Assembly: GCA_038087875.1 (NCBI GenBank)
Contig: JAXLNO010000320.1
Location: 124,001-188,000 of the forward strand
DNA length: 64,000 nucleotides
Source of the DNA: Malacoraja senta
Lineage: Eukaryota
Direction: 5' to 3'
In this document: positions 12,601 through 24,600 of the stretch, piece after piece
Numbering within the stretch: the first letter of the stretch is position 1
How the letters are laid out: every line of letters starts with the position of its first letter
Made by a program: the position numbers and the translations under genes
The notes under the pieces: generated by a model
Told to the model about the DNA's origin: nothing
Seen by the model: only the letters and a program-made list of their open reading frames with translations
The model's database searches: none

Positions 12601-15600
12601 GTTCACACCATTGATGTGAACTCTCTTCCTAAAGTCCACCACCAACTCCTTAGTCTTGTTGGATAGAATTGTAGTTGGATGATTCGTCGGTTAATGCGGT
12701 CTTATTTTTAATTGCATTGAAACATACAGCCTGGAAAAGGGCCCATGGAGTCCACACCGAACATTGATCACCCGTTCACACTTGTCCTGTGTCTCTGGCG
12801 TTGGGAAGCAGCAGCTCTACCAGCTGCACCACTGTGTCCCCCAACAGGAGATGGGGATGTCAATCAATGTCAGCATGGAAGCTGGCAAATGGAAAGATGT
12901 TCCTGAGTTGAGTAAAAAGGGCCAGAAATAAATGGGATTGGCCTTGGACAAGATGAGCTTGAAAAAGTCAGATAAGGATGGGGAAGAAGGTTGAGGATTG
13001 AGGCTGTGGTAGTTAGATGAGAGCAATGAAGGATATAATGAAGTAAAAAGAAAAGGAAAGACATCTGATGGAATAGTAAAAGGAAATCCGATTATAAAGC
13101 GGCACGGTGGCGCAGCAGAAGAGTTGCTGCCTTGCAGAGCCAGAGACCCAGTTTCGATCGTGATTATGGGTGGTGTCTGTACGGAGTTTGTACGTTCCCC
13201 CTGTGAGAGTGTGGGTATGCTCCGGGTGTTCCGGTTTCCTCCCACACTCAAAAAATGTGCAGGTTAGTTGGCTTCTATAAATTGTCCCTAGCGTGTAGTG
13301 TGTGAAAATGAGGTAACATAACTAGTGTACCTGTAAACTTTGGTAGGCACGGACTCGGTAGGCTGAAGAGCCTGTTTCCACACTGTATCTCTAAACTAAG
13401 CACGAGTTTGCTCTAGATGTTTCATTGCTCATGACCACCGGCTGTGAGAAGGAATGTAACTAAGCTCCTTCATTTGGAGATAACCAACATTTACTAGTAT
13501 AGTAACACCAGAAAATGCGGGAAACACACAGCTAGTCAGGCAATCCGTACCAACTGATTATTTCCAGGATTTTCTGATATCCAGCAGCTGCAGCATTTTG
13601 CTATTGATTTTTTGCCTGGGTTTGTTATTTTTGCTCAGAGTTCATGGGACATTTTTGCGAAGAAAGGATAAATTAATGGTTAGTTTTACAATGCCCTCCA
13701 TAATGTTTGGGACAAAGACCCATCATTTATTTATTTGCCTCTGTACTCCACAATTTGAGATTTGTAATTGAAAAAATCACATGCGGTTAAAGTGCACATT
13801 GTCCGATTTTAATAAAGGCCAATTTTATACATTTTAGTTTCACCATGTAGAAATTACAGCAGCGTTTATACATAGTACCCCCCATTTCAGGGTACCACAA
13901 TGTTTGGGACACAGCAATGTCATGTAAATGAAAGCAATCATGTTTAATATTTTGTTGCATATCCTTTGCATGCAATGGCTGCTTGAAATCAGCGATTCAT
14001 GGACATCACCAGTTGCTGGGTGTCTTCTCTGGTGATGCTCTGCCAGGCCTCTATTGCAGCCATCTTTAGCTTCTGCTTGTTTTGGGGGCTAGTCCCCTTC
14101 AGTTTTCTCTTCAGCATATAAAAAGCATGCTCAATTGGGTTCAGATCGGGTGATTGACTTGTCCACTCAAGAATTCAATTTTTTAGCTTTGAAAAAATTC
14201 TTTGTTGCTTTAGCAGTATATTTGGGATCATAAGTCTGAAGAAGGGTTTCGGCCCGAAACGTTACCTATTTCCTTCGCTCCATAGATGCTGCTGCACCCG
14301 CTGAGTTTCTCCAGCATTTTTGTGTACCTCCTGTTTGGGATCATTGTCTTGCTGTAGAATGAACCGCCGGCCAATGAGTTTTGAGGCATTTGTTTGAACT
14401 TGAGCAGATAGGATGTGTCTATACACTTCAGAATTCATTATGCTACTACCATCAGCAGTTGTATCATCCATGAAGATAAGTGAGCCAATACCCTCAGCAG
14501 CCATACATGCCCAAGCCATAACACCCCCATCACTGTGTTTCAGAGATGAGGTGGTATGCTTTGGATCTTGGGCAGTTCCTTCTCTCCACACTTTGCTCTT
14601 GCCATCACTCTGATATAAGTTAAACTTCATCTCATCTGTCCACAAGACCTTTTTCCAGAACTGTGGTTGCTCTTTTAAGTACTTCTTGGCAAACTGTAAC
14701 CTGGCCATCCTATTTTTGCGGCTAACCAGTGGTTTGCATCTTGCAGTGTAGCCTCTGTATTTCTGTTCATGAAGTCTTCTGCGGACAGTGGTCATTGACA
14801 AATCCACACCTGACCCCCGAAGAGTGTTTATGATCTGTCGGACAGGAGTTTGGGGATTTTTCTTTATTTTAGAGATAATTTTTCTGTCATCAGCTGTGGA
14901 AGTCTTCCCTGGCCTGCCAGTCCCTTTGCGATTAGTTAACTGACCAGTGCTCTCTTTCTTCTTAATGATGTTCCAAACAGTTGATTTTGGTAAGCCTAAG
15001 GTTTGGCTGATGTTTCGTAACAGGTTTATTCTTGTTTCTCAGTCTCAAAATGGCTTCTTTAACTTTCATTGGCACAACTTTGGTCCTCGTGTTAATAAAC
15101 AGCAATAAAGGTTTCCAAAGGTGATGGAGAGACTTGAGGAAAGACTAGGTGCTGAGAGCTTTCTTATACCTGCATTAAGGAGGCATTTAAACACACCTGG
15201 GCAATTACAAACACCTGTGAAGCCATGTGTCCCAAACATTATGGTGCCCTGAAATGGGGGGGGGGGGGGGGGGGGATCTGCCGTATAAACACAGCTGTAA
15301 TTTCTACACGGTGAAACCAGAATGTATAAAAATACCCTTTAATAAAATCTGGCAATGTGCATTTTAACCACATGTGATTTTTTTTCTATTACAAATCTCA
15401 AATTGTGGAGTACAGAGGCAAATAAATAAATTATGGGTCTTTGTCCCAAACATTATGGAGGGCACTGTGGATGGTTTAATGTTAAACAGACTTTATTTTC
15501 TCAATTCATGCAATTCCTACCATAGTCTTACTTTATAAATAGGAGACTTTTTTTGTACTCATGCTTGGGAGAAGATTGTGATCTAATGTCAATGCCTAAT

Positions 15601-18600
15601 TGTGGCTTATTGTATTTCAGGTTTGTGGATACCGGTGACATGTCAGAAACGTTTCCTTACAGAACAAAAGCGCTCTTTGCTTTTGAGGAGATTGACGGTG
15701 TGGATGTCTGTTTCTTTGGAATGCATGTACAGGAATATGGCTCTGACTGTCCAACTCCCAATACAAGGTACTGGCACAACATACCTGCAAAATACTTAGC
15801 AGGTTATTTAGATACAGTCTCTTTTGGGTCATATACAGTTGGGAAAGGACAAGTGAAATTTCATCCGACTTTAACAATGGAGACCCAAGGAACTGCAGAT
15901 GCTGGAATCTTGAGTAAAACACAAAGTACTGGAGGAACTTAGCAGGTTAAACACCATCTGTGGAGGGAATGGGCAAGCGACTTTTCAGGTCGGGACCCTT
16001 CAGACTGATGGAGAGGGGGAAGAAAATTGGAAAAGCGGTGGGGGTGGGACAAGCCTGGCAACTGGATACAGATGAGAGGCGGGAGTTGATGGGGGAAATT
16101 TGTGCACACCAGGTGAGGGGGAATGGAAAAGAGAGATGGGGGGTTGATCTCACCACAGTCACATCTTTCCCGTGCCCCATGGACCAAAATCTGCCGTTCT
16201 CTCGTTTCTCCACTCATGAATTGCTAGGCTTTGATCTGTTGCCACCTCTCTTTTCCAGCTTTCTCCCCCACAGTATTGACTCTCTATTACCTCCACAGAT
16301 GCTGCCTGACCTGCTGATTTCCTCTAGTATTTTGTGTTTTGCTATTTTTTATCAATTGAAGTTCAGTTAAACACAAGTTGGAGACACAGGGAACTGCAAA
16401 TGTTGGTTAATAAAAAGACACAAAATGCTGGAGTAAGTCAGCGGGTCAGGCAACATCTCTGGTGAACATGGATAAGTTATGTTTCGGGTCGGGACTCTTT
16501 TTCAGACTGATGTAGAAAGGTCCCACCCCGAAACCTCGCCTATCCATTTTCTCCAGAAATGTTGCCTGATCCGCTGAGTTACTCCAGATTTTGTGTCTAT
16601 CTTTTGCATAAACTAGCATCTGCAGTTCCTTTTTATTACATTCAAGAGCTGGCAAGTTTACCGACTCGGTAACTCTTCAGCTTCAATGAACTTGATTCTT
16701 GCTAATGTCTGATACTATTTCTCTTGCAGGCGTGTGTACATATCATACCTTGATAGTATTCACTTCTTTCGCCCAAGATGCCTCCGAACTGCAGTCTATC
16801 ATGAAATCTTAATTGGTTACCTGGAATATGTGAAGAAGCTTGGGTAAGTTCCAATTTTCCCTGAGACAAGCTCTCCCACACAAAACCATGCTGACTACTG
16901 CCTATCAACCCCTGTCTTTCCAAATGCATGTATATCTTTTCTCAGAATCCTCTCCAGTAAATTTCATTCCACAGATGTTACACTCACTGGTCCAAAGTTC
17001 CCAGGTTTTTCTTTGCAGACATCTGGTCACAACATTAGTCATCTTCTAGTTATCCTGGCACCTCACCCGTGTCTGATGATGATTCCTATATCTCAGCCAG
17101 GGTGCATTGATACTCAATAATTCCTTACAATCCCAACTGACTAACAATTTGATTTGTTAATTTGGAAATGTCTTCTTCATTGAATAGTTAATCAATTTTC
17201 TTTTGTAAAAGAACTGTAACCATCCCACCATCCATGTACTTTTTTGCATGAGAAAATGTTTCTTGACATCTAGACATGCTCTTTGCGTATGTGCATTCTG
17301 AATATTCATACAAATCCTGTCCTTTTTTCCTAACAAAATACTTCTATTCCAATTATATTTCCTTTGTTTTTCTATTATGATACATTTTGTAGTAAGTAAT
17401 CTTTAGTTTTAAATACCTAACAGTTTGGATGATGAGAGGCAGTGTTCTTGGCTGGAGGTTCTAAAACCTGAGTTCGTGGAGAAATGTCTTCACTCACACA
17501 GTTGTGGAAGTTTGGAATTCTTCACTTAAGAAAACTTGATCAATGTTCGGCTGCCTGAGGAATCAAGGGATGTGGAGATAAGGTGGGAAAGTGGAAGTCA
17601 GCACAATGTCACTGAGTGGAGCTGGAGGACTTGCCATGATCATCATGTGCTGGGTGATCTGTTCTTGCTCCCATTCCTTCTGTTTTGAAGTACTGCTATA
17701 GGTATTTAAAGCCAAAGATTACTTACATGAAAATGTATTGTGAAACAGGAAAAACAAGGGAAATATAATCTCTATTCAGATAAAGAATCTTTGAACTGTT
17801 TAACCTGCAATATATGGGTGTGCTTGCACTTTTCCCTGTGTACTTCAGAACAATTTGTGGCTACAGCTCAATGCTTTATTTTACCTGTGATCCACTGTCA
17901 TGCACAGGTATACACAGGGCCACATATGGGCATGTCCTCCCAGTGAAGGTGATGATTACATCTTCCATTGCCACCCGGCCGATCAGAAGATTCCCAAGCC
18001 CAAACGGTTGCAGGAATGGTATAGGAAAATGCTGGATAAAGCTTTTGCTGAGCGAATCATACACGATTACAAGGTTAGTTCTGAAGTTCTAATGTTCTAT
18101 CCCTGCTTTAACAAGTAGTTATTCATCAATGTAACCCAGCTCCTTTAAAGGCAAGATTGCACTCTAATTGATGGGAGGACAGTTCAGTTGCCTATTAACA
18201 ACTGGGAAGAAGCTGTCCCCTGAATCTGGAGGTATGCCTTTTCAAACTTCTGTACCTCATGCCAGAAAGCAGAAGAGGGAATGGCCATGGTGAGACTGGT
18301 CCTTGATTATGCTGGTGGCTTTGCCAAGACAGCGTGAAGTTAATAGGAAGGAGGTTGGTTTACGTCTGGGCTGCGTCCACAATTCTCTGCAATTTCTTGC
18401 GGCCTTGGATGGAGCTGCTCCCAAACCAGGCTGCGATGCATCCCGATAAAAGGCTTTCTACGGCGCATCTGTAGAAGTTGGTGAGAGTTGTTGGGGACAT
18501 GCTGAACTTCCAAGCCTTCTAAGGAAGTAGGTATTCTAAGGAATATTGGTGTGCTTTCTTGCCATGTATATTTTCCATTTTAATTTTGAGTTTTAAGTTT

Positions 18601-21600
18601 TAAAGCTACAGCATGGAAACATGGTTCAATTAATTCCACCTAAACTTGATTACAGAACGGTATGTTTAAATCATCAGCTCCAAAGCTTATCCATTGATAT
18701 CTCTTTCATCAAACCAAATAATTGTGTTTCAAATGCAAAGTCTCTTTGACACGGGATAGTAGGTGGATCTAAGTGATACCCTCAGCCAGCCACTGCGCAC
18801 AGCTCAGCAACTTCTATAATTCCGGTCCTAACCTTAGTCGGTGGGGGTGCTGTGAGTCGGCTGCCCTACCAGCAGTGTGTTCGTTATTTCGACTTTTTTT
18901 GTTTTTTTTGGTGTGTCCAAATGTTTGTTTTAGTGTCTCTCGGTATGTCTTGTGTGGGGGATGGTGGAGGGGGGGGGGCGCTTTCGGTCGCCTCCTAGAC
19001 GGAGAGGCAACTTTTTCCATGTCGCCTCCCTTGCGGCCTAACAGCTTGGATTGGAGCGGCCTTTCCCAGAGTCGGGCCCAAGAGCTTCAGCAGCAGGCGC
19101 AGCGTGGACTTTTCCATCGCGGAGCGGGCGAACCCTTGCCGAGGGTCGCCAGAGAGGAGTGCTCCGATCGCTGGCCTGGTGACTTTGACATCATGGGGCT
19201 GTGGTCTGCGGAGCTTCTAGCCACGGGCGTGGCGTGGACTTACCACCCGGAGCCTGGGATCCCTTGCCGGTGATCGCCAGAAAAGAGCTCCGACCGCTGG
19301 CCCGCAGACGACATCCTGAAGCCGTGGTCTGCGGAGCTTCTAACCGCGGGCGCTGCATGGACTTTCCATTGCAGGGGATCGCTGGGAGGGCCTGTACATC
19401 GGGCCGTCCGTAGCGGCGACTATGGAGGGTTCATGGCCCCGACCACGGGTGAACAAGGGAGGAGGACTGGCTGAACTTTGTTGCCTTCCACCACAGTGAA
19501 GAATGCTGTGGTGGATGTTTGTGTTAAATTTTATTGTGTATTGTGTGTTCTTTTTAAGTGTATCGCTGCTGGCAAATTCATTTCACTGCACCTTCGATCG
19601 CATGTGACGAATGAAATTGAGTTTGACTTTGACTTAGTCTGGTTCAGTCAAACACCGAATATGAGCACTGGAAATCCAACTCTCTTTTATTACACAATAC
19701 CAATACTAATACAATACCTAATCCAATACCGCGGGTCCGATCCTTGTCTCTACTTACTCAAGCCCAAAAGCCTCGAGCAAATAGAACACATACCCAGACG
19801 ATCGGCACACCCCAATGTGCTCCCCACTCTTTTATACCTTTACAGACCCTTGGCGCGAAAATACATGGAGGGGGGGGGGGGGGCAACCCCTAAAAGCCAA
19901 TTATCGATAAGGTCCGCATTGAATGACAGTTCCCTAACCCAATCATAAAATATCACATAACATATTTTCAACACAAAGCACTTGGGGGGAAACACTTCTG
20001 TTAGATAAAGAAACATTATCCCAGGTAAAGTAAACATCTTGGGTGAGGGCTCTCTCCTGGACCAATCATAATTAGCGGCGGGAAGACTCTGCAACATTAT
20101 TGTAACCCAACATTTCCCCAACCAATCCCAAGCATGCATTTGCAACAGGACCTAGTTCCTTTTGCAAAATCTCATACATATTAACAATTAAAAGCCATCT
20201 GGACAACAACCTCTATTCAACCCCTTCCCAGGCCACAGACTTTCTGGAGCGATGATCCTCATAGTCTTACAGCTTTTGCAAAAGATGACAAGCAGGTTTT
20301 ACAGAAGCAGAAATCCTCCATTTTGTCAAGTACCCGAAATACCTGATATTATCATCCCCCTCTTTTATCATATATGATAACAAACAAAGTAAGATGACAA
20401 CGGTTCTTGTTGAACAATTTAACAATGATGGAGATGTAATTGTCAGAACTCTAAGTTACCTCCCGAGTTTTCATGGGCATAGTTTCAATAATTCCTGACT
20501 GATGAGTCACCATCTCCCGAGCTTGCATGGGCATGAATCCTCTTTGTCCATCACGTCAGCTTGATGTACTCTTGACTCTCGATGGGTATGATGTTCCTTT
20601 GCAAGACATTCCTTGAAGAAAACAAGTTAGCAGCTCAAACTCTTCCACCAATACTCTTGCAATGGTGAAGATGGACTCACACATTCCTTCCTTCTACCTT
20701 AACAGTAGTTGGGGTCCATGGAATGAGGACCATTGACAGAGCTAAGCCGAATTGGAATACCGAATCTCGGGGTAATTTCTCGCATAAGCACCTTGACATC
20801 AGTAGCCGCTTTGTTATCAAGTGTTGGATAGGCCTCAATCCATTTGCTGAATACATCGACAATCACAGCTACTTACCTATATCCTTGGCACTTCCCTAGC
20901 TCGATGTAATTCATTTGAAGAGTTTCAAAGGGACCCGTGGGTAACGGTGTTCTTCCATCCTCACAACCCACTCCTTTCCCAGGATTATATTTCTGACAAA
21001 TAATACAGCAGCTACTCACTTTCTGGGCCAAAGTTTGTAATCGTGGATGCCACCAAGTAGCCGAAAGAGCATCACCAATTGCTCTCGCACCACAGTAAGT
21101 CGCAAAATGCATACACTCCACAACCCAAACTGCAAGAAGATCTGGCATACGTCTGCCTTGCCGAGTGACCCACAATCCTGACATGCAATGTATTGTACAT
21201 CCAAGCTGTTTCCATAACCTTAAATCAACTTCAGGAGCTTCCTCCTGCAACTGAATAATTTCGTGGATGGTTGGCATTGGCTTTTCCGAGGCAGACTCGT
21301 TACATTAACTTTTTATCTGCCTCATCGGTTTTGGCACAACCACCTTGCGTTCCCGGGATACCTCCTTTGCTGCTTGGTCAACACAACGATTCCCTATGTC
21401 TATCGTGGTCTGGCCCTTTAATGTGAGCGCTACACTTCATTACCGAAATTTGCATAGGTAGCAGCAGAGCCACCAATTGCTTGTGAGATATTTGAGTTCC
21501 TGCTGAGGTTAGGAATCCTCTATTCCTCCACAGTTGTCCAAAGTCATGTACCATCCCGAATGCATATCTAGAATCTGTATATATGTTTACTTTCAGATCT

Positions 21601-24600
21601 CTTCCAACAATACATGCTCTGATTAAAGCGAACAGCTCAGCCTGTTGGGCTGAAAAGGGTGACTCAAAGGCAGCTGCCTCTACATTGTTCTCATCCTGGT
21701 CTACAATAACATACCCAGAAAGTCTCTCTCCCTGGGGCCCAATGGATGCACGTATAGTGTCATATCAGGGTCTGCTATAGGAGCGTCCTTTAGATCTTCC
21801 CTTACATATGTCTCTTCTTGTATTACGAACAAACAGTCATGTCCTGATTCTGACTGTTCCTCTGGTGGTGAAATGAAGAAAAATGCCGAATTAATAGTTG
21901 TACAGGTCTGAATTGGAGTTTTGGATTATTCAATAGATAGATTTTATATTTGTTTTGACGAGCCGTTGTCAGATGCTGAGTTTGCAGTTGTCCTATAAAG
22001 GCTGCCACCGAATGGTAACTGTACACTACTATCTCCTGCTGTAAGGTCAGGTTTTCAGCTATTATAGATTGCTGTTAAGATTTGGGTGCATATTGGGTGG
22101 CCTCTCGCTACTGGGTCAAGCTTTGAAGAATAATAAGCCACTGCTCTGTGCTTATCCCCATGTTTTTTGGGTGAGGATTGCAGTTGAATATTTGGAAAGA
22201 ATGGTAGAGTAAAGTTGGAAGGGTCTATCATAGAGTGGCCTTCCCAGTGCTGGAGCCTGCATTAAAGATCTCTTTAAATTCTCGAAAGCTTTCTGAGCTT
22301 CTTTGGACAACTGAAATTCGCCCACTAGGCTAGTATAAGGAGTCAATTCCTTGGTGTCTAGTGCAATATTAGGGATCCAAGGTCGGCAGTAGTTCATCAT
22401 GCCGAGCCACTGTCTCATCTGCTTCGCCTCTTTTGGTGCAGGAAATTCACAAATTGGTTCAAGTCTACTACTCTCTAGACTTCTCTCCGTGGCCAAAATT
22501 ATCACTCCCAGAAATTTTACTTTAGTTGAGCCATTAATACAGAGAGACCACATATCCTAAGGTGGCCAAGTTGTTCAATAATTGAGTAGTATCCTCACGA
22601 TTGCTCTGCTCATTTAAACTAGCCACTAACAAGTCATCCACATATTGAACTAGACTGGATTTTCTTTTAAAGCTTAAGGTGCTTAACTGTCCTTGAAGAC
22701 ATCGAGAAAACAAGGTAGGCGAATTAATGAATCCCTGAGGTAGTCTTGTCCACGTATATTGTTGTCCCCTGTAAGTAAAGGCAAATAAATACTGGCTGTT
22801 TCGGTGCAGAGGTAATGAGAAGAAGGCATGCTGCAGGTCTACAATTGAAAAAATCTTAGCTTCCGCTGGAATCAAAGCTAAAATATGAGCCGGGTTTGGC
22901 ACCAAGGCATGGAGCGGTTCTACAATTGCGTTGACAGATCTTAAGTCCTGAACCAGTCTGTACTGGCCCTCTTTCCCTGCCTTGGGCACTGCAAGGGTTG
23001 GTGTGTTGCAAATAGACTGGCACCTTACTAAGACGTCTTGTTCCAGCAATCCCCAAATCAGCTTGTCTATACTCGGAATTGCCTGTTGTTTCAATGGGTA
23101 CTGCTGTATCGAAGGCAGTGTTACCCCTTTCTGGAGAGCTACCTGGATGGGATCAATGCGAACACATCCTACCTGAATTGCGTCTTCTGCCCACACTTGC
23201 GGGTCCACATACTCACATACCTCACTCCTCAGATGCTGGCGAAGCTGGGCAACAACTGTCCTCAGGGTCTGATAAAACTCAACAGTACATTGGTTTGACA
23301 AGCTCTGTTCTTAATATATATTCGGATCTGCCAGGTCAATTGCTTTCTTTACCATTGCTCCCAAGTCCTTCGCACTTGCTGGAAAATTCACCTTCCTTGT
23401 TATGTGTGGAGCAACCTCTGAAGCTCGTTTCCATAAATCTAGGGGTATTTTATCGTACTCTGCAGTTCCTCTTGTCCTGTTACCGTGCCAAAATATTCAC
23501 ATTCCATTTTTTTCCTTGAGGTCTGATAAAGGTTTCTAATTCTTTATTTTTGCAACTTCTATCATAGGCCAAGGTGATATGAAGTGGAGGCTCATCTTCT
23601 AAGTCTGACCACCATTGGGGTGTCACTGATGAATAGCACTGCCTTTCGGGAGCCCATGGGGTTACTATTATTCCACCGTCGCTGCATTCAATTTTCAATT
23701 GAAATGCGCAGAGCAAATCTCTTAAATTGCAATCCAATCCATTTGTTATTACGAATCTATGTTTTATTGCCTTGCTTCGATACACCACTTCGACTGGCTT
23801 AGAGATGGGATACTGGCAAACCTGTCCCTGAAATCCAGACAGGCTCTGATCTTCACTAGACCTGGGAAGGTTATAAATTGATTGAAGAGATGACATGGAT
23901 GCTCCTGTATCTACCAAAAAGGTACATACATATCCTTCCTTCTACTCGCAATGATAGTACAGGTTCTTCATCAGATTTGCATCCGTTCACCACCAAGTTA
24001 GCTAATCAGGAACGTGAGAATGGATTATGTTGGGAGAAGGGTGTTTGTCTTCTCTGTCCCTGATTTCCTTGCCAGTTCCCTCTCTGCTACCTCTGTTGGC
24101 CCCCTCCTTCCTGTCGTTTTCATCTCGGGCACTCCCTACTCCAGTGACCTTGGCCGCCGCAAGTATAACATTGGTCTGTCCCCAATACTCTATTCCCTTT
24201 CCAGTGTCTTGGGGAAATTGGTTCTAAGGGAGGTGGTTCATCAGGGTAACCTGGATAATCCGGTTCTGGCACACTTGCCCAATCTGGCGCTTAATGCCTT
24301 GCTCTTGTCTGAGGATTATTCCATAAGTCTAAATTAGATCTTGGCGCTTCCTTTTTCGTTACGTGTTCAGTTTTTGCCTTCACGACTGGCTGGTTCTCTT
24401 GCTTTTTTATATCTTTCCAGTGATACCTAGCTGCACGGGCCAATTGACTTGCACTATTCTCTGGGTAGCCAGACGTGGCGCCGATGGACGAGAAGCCGAA
24501 GCAAAGAAGTGGAAGCCAAATAACCGAATGGAAACAAAGCCGAAACGCCAACTAACCGAAAGGGTGGGACGCCTAAATGCAAACTAACCGAAAGGGCGGG

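Larger units (their letters stand above)
13689..15467 (-). mobile_element. Tc1-family DNA transposon, IR/DR type, defective transposase
   Basis: ~225-bp TIRs (caatgccctccataatgtttgggacaaag...ctttgtcccaaacattatggagggcactg), TA on left flank, internal DR aatgtttgggaca; transposase [38 protein letters not shown]. Confidence 0.93.

Noticed and set aside
13099..13170. tRNA gene
   Set aside because: tRNA-like SINE head followed by V-domain and LINE tail; no intact cloverleaf. The same applies at 56400-56478 and 62309-62380.
15256..15276. Long G homopolymer (others at 3511, 5849, 9451, 19871, 26525, 30720)
   Set aside because: Slippage-prone runs inside repeats with unreliable length; no functional evidence.
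19478..19948. 156-aa ORF resembling the ORF at 26305-26502 as a duplicated gene
   Set aside because: Similarity is simply the two LTR copies read antisense.
20367..20655. Retroviral env remnant
   Set aside because: Too short; no furin site, CX6CC motif or long ORF visible.
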